Assembly: GCF_009834535.1 (NCBI RefSeq)
Contig: NC_045697.1
Span: forward strand, 117,306,001 to 117,370,000
Source: Camelus ferus
Lineage: Eukaryota
Direction of reading: 5' to 3'
Length of the DNA: 64,000 bases
In this document: one piece after another, positions 12,428 to 25,004 of the stretch
How the letters are laid out: each line of letters begins with the position of its first letter
Numbering within the stretch: the first letter of the stretch is position 1
Notes under the pieces: generated by a model
What the model was told of the DNA's origin: nothing
Databases searched by the model: none
The model's input: the letters and a program-made list of their open reading frames with translations, nothing else
Made by a program: the position numbers and the translations under genes

Positions 12428-13383
12428 GCAGGATATATTCTGTTTACGCCTCCAGGTGTGTTTCCCCTGGTCTCCCCCCTCCTTTCTGCCTTAAGGGCTG
12501 ACCTGTGGACCAGACCAGGGGTTCGCTTGACTTCTCGCTTCCAGGTGAGTTTAGTCAGTGGAATGGCCCAGGAAGAGAATGAAGTTACTACATATCATTT
12601 ATCCCCTTGACTCCCATGCTACACAGGCCAACTGTGTCCATCAGCTAGGGTGGTTTACTCTCACTGTCCTTTCCTGCGGGATTTTGTTTTCCAAGGTATG
12701 GTTGAGACAGCGCACAGCCACTGAAGGAATGACACCGCAGTTGAGGACGGGATAGACTGGTTAGAACCAAGATGGCGGAAGGTTCGACTTCCAGTAGACC
12801 TTGAGCCTCATGGCACACCCACAGGTGCCATGACAGTGCCTCGGCTGACCCTAAAGCCCCGAAGTGGGCATGGTCCAATTCCTGGAAACCCCCAGCCCTG
12901 CCCCCAAATTAGCTGGAATAATCCTCCCATTCATTAACAGGTGATTTTACCAAGCCTGTAAAAACTAACAACTCCACACCTCATGGTCACTCTGTCTTTT
13001 GCCTTCTAAGGTGGCCCAAATTCTGCCCATGGAATGTGTATTTCCTAAGCCACTCCCTTCTGAGTGAAATGGATGGCACCCTGGCTAGGGAGTGTGTATC
13101 TCTCTAAATAAACTTGCTTTTAATTTACTATGCCTCGCTCTTAAATTCTTTCCTTCGTGAGGCAAGAACATACTCTCTGGCAACATGGTGACCCCCCTTT
13201 GCTCTTGTCCTTTGCACCCGGGGCTGCATTCGCTCTGCTGTCACCAGCACCATAGACGCAACATCCTTTGTGGTTTCCTTCTGCCCTGCTTATACCTTTA
13301 TATGTGGTTTTTAATTAAATCATTCTCAGGGGATTTATAGTAGAGGGTGACATAAGTTTCCTGACAAACTTAACAAAGATGCA
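12428..13383 (+). mobile_element. ERVL LTR33-like solo LTR, split by a MER41-like LTR
   Basis: Start 'tattctgtttacgcctccag...ggctgacctgt'. The 3' half 'ccttt gtggtttcc...ccctgcttatacctt...ttaattaaatc...tttcctg' resumes at 13186. Confidence 0.75.
12703..13185 (+). mobile_element. ERV1 solo LTR, MER41-like
   Basis: TG...CA termini (TGAGACAG...GGCAACA) with a perfect 4-bp TSD TGGT (12699-12702, 13186-13189). Contains AACCAAGATGGCG, GCCATGACAGT, AATAAACTTGCTTT and 'ctcgctcttaaattctttcctt', features of the MER41 group. Confidence 0.85.
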
Positions 13384-14434
13384 AACAGAAAGGAATCTCT
13401 AGCAATGACCTAAGTAGCTACAGGTAATTCTTATTCAATTCAATTTGAGTCAGTGATTATTTGGCGAGAGCTTGTGAAGCAACTAAGTTCTTGGAGATGG
13501 AGGTGAGGAGGTGTGGGGGTGGAGACAAAAGGTAGAAAAGCAAAATAGTGTCCAGGAATAATCTCAAAGGACATGAAGCACCATTTACATTTCTACTCTC
13601 CAATTTTTTTTTGCCTACCACTCATCTTCCATGTTTCCTTTAAGACTTTTCTCAGTTATAGTTTTTGCTGGGAGAGACTAAGTCATTTATATACCCCACA
13701 GACCATGTTGGTGGTGTTGATAATGGTGAATATTTGCTATATTATGGCTCTAACAGATGTTCAGATCTTGTCAATGTGATAGGTCTGAACCAAAAAGCTA
13801 AGGCGCACAGGTCATGTTCATGTGAAACTGAACCTTTCCTCCCAATTGTACCTGTGTTTTTTAATTGGCTTTACCACCTCCTGACCCCCTCACTTTGCTC
13901 ACCTGGGGACCAGAATGTGATGTGAAAGTGGTTTTCTCCCTTCCCATTAGGGAATTTCTTCTGCTTCTCTAGTGTAATTCTTCATTTCTATTTGTTTAGA
14001 ATTTTAGACTAGGTATTACCAGAGCTCGAAGCAAAGTAAGCAAACAAATAAAAGAACACACATATTCAGGAATACATGTGTTTCATATCCATTATGATAT
14101 GTCTTGCTAACCATGTTTTACTTTATTTTTTTCAGACGAAGAAAAAGGCAAGAGGTTTTAAAGTAAGAATATCTATAAATAAAGGAGATTTTTTAGAATA
14201 GTTTCTCCCTATTGCAGGTAGACAAGTGAGATTGAAAGTACATGAAAGACTAAAAATTGTTATTAAAAATTTGCAGAAAATATATCTTTGTAGATTCTGA
14301 GAACTTAAAAATTTGACATTCATTCTTAATTTTAAAATACTCCATTTTAAGAATGATGAAAACTCTTTCAAAGTGATAAAAGCTTTTTTGACTAAGACTA
14401 AGATTGTACTCAATAGTGAAATATTTGAAATGTT

Positions 14435-16850
14435 TTTCTAAAATCTAAAACAAGAAATAACACCTACAACTCTATAATTTAACATTGTACTAAGATATTA
14501 TTGTTACTAATTATTTAAGATACTAAAATTAGCCTACCCAATTAGACAAGAAAAATAAAAAGTTAAAAATTAAAAATGAGAGGATAAAACTATTTTCAGA
14601 TTATGTGATTACATATTGAAAAAAGACAAGAGAATCAGCTAAAAATCCTTAAAATATGCAGTTATTCCAGATGCAATAGAGTGTAACTTTAACTTAGTGG
14701 AAATCAATGGTAATCAAACATAAAACAGAAAATACGATGAAACTTACATAAAACATAGAAAACACAATGAAAAAAAGACTCAACAGAAATAAAATTTCTA
14801 AGAATATATAATAAGAAATATATGAAGCCATATTAAAATCTTTAAAGCTATCCTGAATGAACATAAGAAATTAAGCAAATAGAAATAATAGAAAAAAATC
14901 AATATTCTTCCCAATAATTAATAGATTATCAACGGTAGGATGTCTCAATTTATATATCATTTATTTACTACATAAATTGATACCAAATTCACACATAATT
15001 TTTTAAAATTAAAACTCTGGAAAAGAAAAGCAATAAAGGGGCCTTTTTTCTAACATATTTAACTTAGTAGATAAACTTCAGTATGAAAACTGTGTAGAGA
15101 CAGATGAATGCACTAGAACAAAAAAATCAGACACTGACTCAAACACAAGACTTCAAGTGGATCTGATGTGAGCAGATACACTAGTCAACAAGTATGTTTT
15201 GAAATGAGTGCGCTGGGCTCTGGGTGGGAGGGCAGGGAAAGCTGGGCTCATACTTTCACAAAGACAAATTCCAGATGAGGTGATGGTTTACGTAAGAACA
15301 CACAGAGTAAAAAGACAGCATGGGAGACATCCTTCATACGCTCAGAGCGAAAGGCCTTTGTACACTTGACACGAATATTCAGAAGTCATGATAAAGCTTG
15401 ATAAATTCAATGACATGAACATCAAAAGTTACTATATGATGGAGGGTAAAAACACAGCCACAATCAAAAGACAAGACCAGCTGGGGAAACATCATGACTA
15501 ATGTCACATTTAAGTACTCCCAAACATATAAAGGGAAACGATAGGAGGTAAGGAAGTCAACAGAAAAGAAGAGGTGAGTCATAGAAAAGGAAGGAAGTGT
15601 GCTCTTAGGAATAAGAAAAGGTGCAAAGTCTCATTCATAAGAGAAATACAAACTAAGACTACAGTATTATTTCCTTTTAATCCTTTACTTCTGACAAAAT
15701 CCTAAAAGCTCAATAGCCCACAATATTGAGAAAATGGTGCACGGAGCCAATGGAATGTGATCTTTCAGGATGTTGGCTCATATCAACACCCATGTGACTC
15801 CAGTTGTGCTGCAGGGGGGTCTTCGGGGGTGGGGTGGTCGAGGAGTGGGGACTGGAATTCCCGCACATCCTTGTGGAGGTGTGATGTGCTACAGCAACTC
15901 TATGGAGTGACTTCAGTTTCCAAAAAGATTCAATATGCATACATCTTGGTGACAGCAGTTCTCCTGGAGTTCCTTGTTTCATGCTGGTGCATAAATGCGA
16001 AAGAACTTACGTACAAGTTTTCTTTATTGCAGTGTTATCTCTATTAGCAAAAGGGTAATGTTAGTTAAGTAACAAATGAGATTTCCTGGCAATGTTTACT
16101 AATCAGCCATGAACACAGGAGTAGGAAGTGCTCACTCTCTTGATAGGAAAAGATGGCTCAATTTTTAAGTGAAAAAAAATACAAAAAACCAGAAAAATGA
16201 ATGTAGTATGCTACCATTTGTGCAAAAGAGAGAGGAACAGAATATATAGTCTGGACTGGCTTGAACACATGTAGACACAGAAAAAAATCAGAAAGAAAAA
16301 AGTAAGTAAAACAAATAGTAGTAATGGTTGGGTTGTTTTGTTGGGTGGAGATGCAAACAAGTAAACTGGCATCAAAGGTGGGAAGACGTCTTAGTCAGTC
16401 TGGGCTGTAATAACCAAATTCCACAGACTAGGGGAGCTTCAGCAACCAGCATTTACATCTCACAGTTCTGGAGATGGGAAGTCCAAGTCAAAGCTCTCGA
16501 GATCCCGTGTCTGGTGAGGGCACCCTTCCTGGTGCGCACGTAGCCGTCTTTTGCTTTTACGTACCTTCACACGATTGAAAGAGTGAGCTCTGGTCTCCTT
16601 CCACAGATAAGGGCACCGATCACAACGTGGGGGCTCTACACCGCTGACCGCCCCCAAACCCAATCACCTCCCACAGGCCCCACTTCCAAACACCACCACC
16701 TGGGGATAAGGACCTTAACATGTGAATCTGGGGAGACACAAAACATTTAGTCCAAAGGAGAAGAAAACTTTCCACAGTGTACTTTTTGATAGTTTCTGAT
16801 GCCTAAAATTTGTGAACGTTTATCACCTATTCAAAATTTAAAATAAAAGC
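14435..16850 (+). mobile_element. Ancient L1ME-like element (degenerate ORF2 RT region plus 3' UTR)
   Basis: A-rich. A decayed FADD-region remnant near 14590 ('ctattttcagattatgtgattacatat') and 3' UTR motifs such as 'tgtagtatgctaccatttgtg'. Interrupted by an MLT1A-like LTR. Confidence 0.75.
16387..16759 (-). mobile_element. MaLR solo LTR, MLT1A-like
   Basis: 'gtcttagtc...gggctg...ctcacagttctggag...gggaagtccaag...aatcacctccc...aacatttagtcca'. 5-bp TSD GAAGA at 16382-16386 and 16760-16764. Confidence 0.92.
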
Positions 16851-17713
16851 CTTCTTCAAGATTCATAGAGATGGGCCCACCAAAAATCAAGACTTGAGAG
16901 ATGAGGTGACAGAGAAGAGAAGCAAAAATTTAAAGAAGGGTTAACATTATATCCCGCCTTTTGTAAACTAACGTCCTGTTGAACTGGCCACCTGCATTTA
17001 GCCACCATTCAAAAAGGTTAGAAGTTGTTTACGGACAGACATTGTGTCCTTCAAATCTTCATAATTTTTAGAAAACTTCGCATTTTTACTAATATTTTAA
17101 ATTATCCCAAACTTTGTATTTAAATAATTCCATAGATTATGAGAGCTAAAGTTCAGTAATACTTTCAAGATATAGATATAAGGAAAATGCAAATGATGAG
17201 TGAAACACAAAAGGAAACCCCTCCCTCTGAGATCATCCTCTAGAGGTAACAGGCTGTTGTGTTCTCTGTGAGGTGGGGGCCCCAGATGGCCAAGTTCTGG
17301 AGAGGGTCGGCGGTGATGAAGAGGACGAGGTGACAGAAAGTTGGTATTTGGGGGGAATTAAACTGAGACAAAGCACTGAAGCATCTGGCCCCGTGGCATT
17401 CTTTATGCATGTGAGTTCGGTGGCTCTGTCTGCCATGAACACAGAGAATTACTTGCTTCTGCATTGCCCATGTTACTCATAGTTAGTCATGGATATTCCC
17501 TCTCTTTCAAAGTGGGAAACGACCTGCAGTACACATCACATACAAACTTGAAATTTCACAGTGGGGGGAGAAAAGGAGTTTCATAGTAAATAACCCCAGA
17601 AGGAATATCTGAGCTGGGAGACAGCAGGTATGCTAGGTAAATCATTTCCAAAAAATTTACAGAATCCTAGTCTTGTAATACCCAAACAAGAGTGTTGGGT
17701 TTATAAACAACAA

Positions 17714-18028
17714 GAGATGTTTAGGGCAATGAAATTATTCTGTGTGACACTATAGTGGTGGCTACATGTCATTATGCATTTGTCAAAGCCCATAGAATGC
17801 ACAACATCAAGAATGAACCCTAATGTAAACTACGGACATTGGTTGATAATAATGTGCCCATGTTGCTTCATCGATTGTACCAAATATGCCTCACTGATGA
17901 GAGATGCTGAGGGTAGGGGAGTATATATGTGTGGGTGGGGAGGGCTATGTGTGAACTCTGTATTTTCTGCACAATTCTGCTGTGAACCTGAAACTCTTCT
18001 AAAAGAATAAAGTCTATTAAAAAAAAAC
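17714..18028 (+). mobile_element. L1MC-like 3' end
   Basis: 'atgaaccctaatgtaaactacggac', 'ctgtgaacctgaaact', AATAAAGTCTATT and an A-tail. Confidence 0.88.
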
Positions 18029-18889
18029 TAGATATGTCAGCAAAATCTGAAATGTTTGAAAAGAATCCTCTCCGTAGCCATAAGGGTTAAAATGTTTGCC
18101 AGCAAAATCTTAGTACACTTTGGAATATGTACACAATTTTATATATAAAATTTTATGACAGATATCACACAAGTCTGAGTTTAAGTCTTGCTCAGAGAAA
18201 GCAGATTTTATTAATAAATTAATCAGCCAGATGTTCTTATTCTGCTGTCAATATCATCCGCCTCCCAAGGCAGAACCACTTCCAAGGACAGCCGAGAACA
18301 GAGGGCAGACATCACTGGGAATATATCTGTCTGTCGGCGGAGCATTTATTCTTTCTCATCACAGTGTCCTTCCACGGTCTGCCCTTGAGAATTCTTGCTA
18401 TTTTACAATCTTCGGGAAATTCCAGCAAACAGTGAGAATCTAGATTTTTGAGACATTTTATCACTGAATCCATTTCTCCACGTCTGTAAGAGGGCAGCAG
18501 GCAAACAAACCTCAGATTCCGTGATTCAGTACAAGTTCAATTCATCTACGTTGTCTGTTCAACATGGTTGAAAAAACGTACATCACCCCCTGCTGATTGA
18601 TCTAAATTTAAATTCATGCCTGCTGACTTCCAGGATCCAGGAGTGTGGCATTCAATTTTACCACATTTACCCAGACTTTTGACACTCTTTCCCACCTTTT
18701 TTTGCCCTAAATTAGATCATTTCCATCATTATTCAAATATGCTGTACCTGCGCTTTAAATATCCTGCCGTTACCATGGAGGACTTCTCCAGGTGCTGCCT
18801 GATTTCACTGTTCCTCCTACAGCAAAGTGTGCTGTGTGAGTTGTTAATGTTTTCCGTCCTCATTTGATCTCTTTCTGTTTCTAACAAAA

Positions 18890-20135
18890 TGCGGTAAGAC
18901 TTATTCTCCACTGATAGGTCTCTCATCCAGGTCACCTATCTTCTGCCAAATCCAGGGGTGATTTTTAGCCTCCCTACTCTGCGTATCAGTCAGCATTTGA
19001 GTTTATTACACTTTATTTGGTTTTTTTGTTGTTGACGTGTACTTGGTTTACAGTGTGTCAATGTCTGGTGTACAACATGTTTCCATTATACATATACACA
19101 CATATATTCGTTTTCATATTCTTTTTCATTATAAGTTACTATAAGATATTGAATATAGTTCCCGTGCTACACAGAAGAAATTTGTTGTTTATCTATTTTG
19201 TGTATAGTAGTTAGTATATGCTAATCCCAAACTCCCAATTTATCCCTTCACACCCCCTTTCCCTTCAGTAACCATGAGTTTGTCTACTCTGTGAGTCTGT
19301 TTCCATTTTGTAGAGTTCATTATTGTCTTTTTCCTTTCTTTAGATTCCACATATGAGTGATATCATATGATATTTTTCTTTCTCTGTCTGAGTTACTTCA
19401 TTTAGAACAACAATCTCTAGGTCCATCCATGTTGCTGCAAAGGCTTGATTTTATTCTTTTCTATGGCTGAGTAGTATTCCATGGTATAAATATACCACAG
19501 CTTCTTTATCCAGTCATCTGTCGCTGGACATTTAGGTTGCTTCCGTGTCCTGGCTATTGTAAATAGTGCTGCTATGAACATTGGGATGCATGTATCTTTT
19601 CAAATTAGAGTTTCCTCTGGATATATGCCCAGGAGTTGGATTGCTGGATCATATGGCGAGTCTATTTTTAGTTTATTTTTTAAACATTTTCCTCACAAAG
19701 GACACTCTAGGGGTCACTCTCTCAACTCTCTCCCACATCAGTCTCACTCTGCTCAATGCTACTCATCAGAAACCAGGGCTCAGTCTTGGATCTCTACTGT
19801 AGTAAACTCAAGCTAAACACAACCTCCTGTGTCTTATGATTTTATATCCCATCTATTTCTGACGACTAAAATTAAGCCAACAGCCTAAAATTCAAACCAA
19901 ACCTTAAGATGTAAACTTCTGCAATACCATTGGCTATCTAAGCAGTATTCCAATTTTCAAATGTAAGATGCACAGACCAACTTCTTGGTTTGGATCCCGA
20001 CTGACTCACAATGTAGCTTTTTTTCTTGGTCTTCCCCATCTCAACAAAGAGAAACTTCGTTCCGCCGTTTGCTTAGACCAAAAGTGTTTACAATAGCCCT
20101 GATTCTTCTGCGTCACATGTCATATGTAACCCTCT
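18890..20135 (+). mobile_element. L2 LINE remnant interrupted by an L1
   Basis: L2 motifs 'tgccaaatcca...cagcatttga' on the left; 'ccagggctcagtcttgg', 'tcttccccatctca' and 'gcttagaccaaaa' on the right. Confidence 0.65.
19010..19675 (-). mobile_element. 5'-truncated L1 (about 670 bp)
   Basis: Same 3' UTR as 9509-10381 and 25173-25909. Possible AGTTTATT TSD. Confidence 0.93.
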
Positions 20136-20356
20136 AACAGGAACAGAGCAAGGGACTCAGCCTCTCACTGATTCTTCCTTTGACTATGCTCTTCCCTCAA
20201 TAAACACAAAACTCACTCTGATATTTCATTGAGATTGCTGACCGTCTATCACAATATCGAAGTGCTTTTCTGGATGATCTGTAGATAACTGCATCTCTCT
20301 AATCAGTCTCTAGTGTCCTTAGACCCCTGCCTCCTAGTGTCCTAACCTTCAATCTC

Positions 20357-20435
20357 TCCCTTCCTTCCTTCCTTCTTTCCTTCCTTCCTTCCTTCCATCC
20401 TTCCATCCTTCCATCCTTCCTCCCTCCCTTCCTTC
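20357..20435. repeat. (CTTC)n/(CATCCTTC)n microsatellite
   Basis: Direct reading. Confidence 0.95.
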
Positions 20436-20480
20436 CAGGAGACTAGAGAATGAAAATGAAACAACAACATTAGTGGACAC

Positions 20481-20977
20481 TGTCAACTAAAATAAACACA
20501 CAACCTAAAAGTCAAGAGTTATGTTTTATTCGGCAGACATTTCTGAGGACTCAAACCCCTTAGAGCCGGGATGACAGCCTCTCAGATGGCTCTGAGGGAC
20601 TGCTCTGAAGAGGTAGGGGAGGAGCCAGGATATATAGGAGCTTTACAACAGAGACCAGGTACTTGGAACATTAAAAGATTACTTGTTAACTAAAGAAAAC
20701 CAGGCATCTCAAGTTGAAGAATTTAGCGCTCTTCTATGTATGGGAGGAAGCAGACATTTAGGCTCATTGAATTCATTCCTTAGACAAGGACCCAGCTATC
20801 CAGGGCCAGTATCCTGTCCTCTCTTATTCTGAGTCCCCTCAGGGTGCACCACTGTGAATGGCTGCAGAGGCTGGGCTGCAGGCCTGTCCTCCCTGGGGGG
20901 TGGCGGCAGCCGCTGATTCCTTGATGGTTTCAGCATTCTTTGTTTACCGATATGGTTTGCAGTATTTTTCATTCACA
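20481..20977 (-). mobile_element. Cetartiodactyl-type ERV1 solo LTR (copy 2)
   Basis: TG...CA termini and TSD ACAC/GCAC. On the minus strand there is a TATA-like CCTATATATCC and an AATAAA. Homologous to 4684-5115. Confidence 0.92.
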
Positions 20978-23299
20978 GCACCGTATCTTAAGCCCCTGAA
21001 ATAAGTAGACAATTTGGAGGAATTTGGGTTTCTCTAGTCATTTAGATTTGGGGCTTTGAAGCAAATTGTACAGAAATTTTGAAGTTCAGGGAAGACTCTA
21101 TTAAGACATGAATAGTAAGCACAATTGACTTTTACTTCCAGTTTTACTCCCAATATATAAACTTGTGTTCTGACTATATTCCCTCCCAATTTAAGTACTT
21201 CACGTCCTGAGGCTCACCCATTCTTTTCTCTTCCTCCTGTTGCTTTGTTTTATCTTTCTTTCGTGCTTGTATTTTTCCACCACTACCCACATCATGCACG
21301 TGGCAGGCAGATTGAAATGAACTGCACTTTCTGATATCTGGTCTGTGTTAGTGTTTCAAGAAGATGAGGTTATAGGAAATGTTTGCTCTTGTAAGACCTA
21401 CATGAAATATCCTTCCCAGAGACCATACACTAGCTATTAACCTTGGCCACACATCTTGTTTCTGGTTTCTCGGTACACGGGCAAGAAATCATGCAGGTTG
21501 AAAAAAATCACTATCATTAGAAAGAACACCTATCTTTCAATAGTAGTAAGTGTAAGAAGGAAGGTCACTCTATTATCTGGATAAGTATTGTGTAGAATAA
21601 AGGTTCATTCTACACCAAATTTTTGACTTTGATTTATTACTATTTTAACACACAAATGGAAAATTAAGGTCTTTTGGTTCTCAAGTCCTTTCTGAATGTT
21701 TCTTTTTTCTTTTTTTTTCCCTTTGTCTTGTGCCAAAATAGGCAGAAATCAAGCTCCTGTAGGTGATGCTGTGGCGTAAGTCTCTAGATTGGTTTATAAT
21801 GCAGCAGGCATTTATAATAGTACCTCCCACCGGAAATTTATCAAGCCACTCACACAAATGCAGCTTTTACTTTAATAGATTAGTGCCTTTTGGTGAGCCA
21901 ATCAAAATATAGCTAGAAAATACTTCAATTTTCTTCACTAGGATAAGTTTATTAAAAAGGTAGTGTAATCATTTCAAAGAGACAGACTGTGACCATAATT
22001 TCTTCTGCCAAATAAATGAAGCATTTTGGGGAGAGGTGTCACCACCTACCACATACTCCAAGTTACTGCTTAAGAAAGGTGTGACTTCCTGACAAAGAAA
22101 TAATTTTTATAGAAGCAACCTTTTCAAATACTCTGCAAGAACTGTCTCCATGCCTTTCAAAGGGGTAATTATACCACCTGAATAACATATCATACGATAT
22201 GCAAAAATACTGAACACTTACAACAAAACCAGAGCATCTGTAGTGGGTTAGTGTTGCTGTTTTATGTCAATTACCAACTGTTCTTTTAAATAATATTTTA
22301 TCTTTAAATTTTTTTATGGCAGGGAGTAGGAAACAGGTTTTGCTACAAAAGGTATCCCGTTGATTTGCTGAAAGGAAAAATTCAACTTAAGCCAAAGAAT
22401 GAACTTAAAGGCATAACACCCTTTTGCTGAAACGTGTCTGGTGTAACTGCTCAGCTAGGCACCGGTTAGTACTGAAGAGTCTGCATTTAGGACAAACAGC
22501 CGGCTCATCTGAGAAGCAATGTGTGATTAGGAAGAAGAAGAGCTGATGTACCGAAGATGCATTCTTTGGAATAAGTCAGTTGGGAATTTGCTGTGAGGGA
22601 AAATATAAGGTAGGGAACAATCTTTAGTTAACCAGCTACACATTCCTGTTGTCCAGCATTTACTTGCCCAAAACTTGCCCAAAGCCAAGAATTGCAGGTT
22701 TCTCCACCCATCACCTTCTTATTTCCTCCTAAAATCCACAAAGAGGGAAGGGCAGGTCTGGAACTCGAGAGACCTGTTCCTTTGATGCCTCTTTTATTAA
22801 TCAGATCACTATCTGAGGCAGTTTATTTATGTCTTCTCTTCTAAATCTACTTTCTTTCTATATAAAATGAATGATCTGAAATTGACAAAAGTCCACAATC
22901 TCTTCAATGTCTCCAAATCTTTAAGATAAAAGTATATTAAACATATTTAAAAATGGGAGGAAACGTGATAGCAAATGATTAAAGCAATGATCCTAAGTGA
23001 TGACTACTTCTGAGCTTTGCTAAAAATGTCAATTTGGAGTTGGAAACGTAGGCATTCAGTTTTCACTGCCTAGTGTAATTTGAGTAAAATGACAGAACCA
23101 CCTATTCAATACCATTACTGAATTAGTTTGCCCTTAAAGTGCAGCATAGCACACCATTAAATGACGCACTTATTAATGATACACTTAAAAAACATTTGTG
23201 GGAAGAATCCTAGTATCATTTTGTTGTAAACCACCTTTTCACCATGTAGCCCAATAGTCCTTAAAGTGCACCCTGTGCTTTGGTGAGGCAAAGCCACCT

Positions 23300-23790
23300 C
23301 TCTTATGCATGTACAGACCAGACATCACCCCTCTCCATTCACCCCTTCATCTTCATTATGTTCTCTACTCACCATCTCTCCCTAAACAGGCCACTCAGTG
23401 TAACTCAAATTTCACCCACATAGAAGGATTACTACAAACATTTTTTTCCCTTCTATTCACCCACTTCTGTGGATCTCACCTTCTGATCTCAAAGCCACTA
23501 GTTGCGTCCGACCTCTCGTAGCCTTAATGCTGTAAGTCACCTGTACCCACATAAGCTCCATGCTGTTCTACCGCAGGTTGCTGTGAGCTTGTTTCCTAAC
23601 GATCCGCGCAGCAACTGATGCTGCCTTTACCTCCCTCACTAATACCCAAGTTCTGTGGACGCCAACCACATCTTCCACTAGTCCTGAACCCTTGACCTCA
23701 GTTTTGCTGCTTACCTCTTAACCTCAGAAATTAGTATTTGTTCCCTGACATCTCTACTATGTAAGTTTCAGTTTTTCCTGTTGACTTTCA
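23300..23790 (+). mobile_element. Possible very old L2 fragment
   Basis: C/T-rich with 'gcaactgatgctg', 'gttctgtggacgcca' and 'gacatctctact' motifs. Weak. Confidence 0.35.
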
Positions 23791-23939
23791 GCTTAGTTCC
23801 CCCAAACTCTTTTTTTTTTGAATCTTGCTTTATTTGTCCATACATTAGTTAGTTGATATGACATAAAATCATTATCTGCATACTTAATATGAAATTTTGT
23901 AGGAAAAACATTTTTTCCTATATTTATCTATGTACACAC

Positions 23940-23963
23940 GTGTGTGTGTGTGTGTGTGTGTGT
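23940..23963. repeat. (GT)n microsatellite
   Basis: Direct reading. Confidence 0.95.
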
Positions 23964-25004
23964 ATGGGGGGCATCAACAGGAACAAAATATGTTATCATG
24001 TGACTTACAGCCTAACACAGCTATTGATAATCTGGTCAGAAAAACGCCTTAGCTTTACCTTCCCTTTCTACCTGTCCTCTGTGTTCCCGCTGTCACCATT
24101 TCAGTGGCAAGTTTCAATTAAAAATATAAGATAAAAATCTTCAGTCTTAAAGAACAGTAAGAGAATTACCAAAATCTTCTTATTTTTAAAAACCCAAAGA
24201 CCCTTTGATTTCTGAAAAATCTTTTAAATGCTTTGTTTCTCTCCAACCACCTTTTCTTATTAATTAAAAAAAAAACAACTTTTTTTGTTTTTTGTTAATT
24301 AAAAAAAAACTATCAAACTAGACTAACATAAAACATATTTTTAAAACTATGTTCTCTCCGGCATTTAAATTTTAGGACCAAGAAACCCTCTTGCTCTTAA
24401 TTTAAATATAACATTCGGCTAAATTTATAATGTGGAAAGAAGCAATTGTTTTCTAACTAGAGCCTAATAAATCAATACATTGTAACAGATGCTACAGGCA
24501 GTAGAGCAATGTAATAAAGTAAAAGACCTGAAACAACATAATGACTTTAATTATGCCTGAGTATATTCAAGGGTATTGTTTTTTTTTTTCTCACACCCAA
24601 TTTTTAAAAAGAGCGATGATAGTCAAATACGGTAGACAGCTGTCAGTCTGACATTTTATCCAAAAAAAAGCGAAATATTTACTTATGTAGGAAGATACTA
24701 AAAACAGATACCAAAAACAACTCTTGCAATATTATGTTAAAATATTTATCTACTGATTATAATCTAAACAATTATGAACTGAAGATGAAATACTCCAAAA
24801 TTTTGGCACCTAATTCTAATTCTTCTTATATAATCTGTCCTAGAGTCTATACTTGGTTTTTACTGAACGTTTTCTTATAGCTTAGTGGTTTTAGGGGAGT
24901 GATCTTATACAGATAGGTTTACGACTTTAAAACAATCATCAAGACCAATTTTTAAGTATCTTAAATTACTTTTATTCCACTCATCCTCAAAATGTGTGCA
25001 CCAT

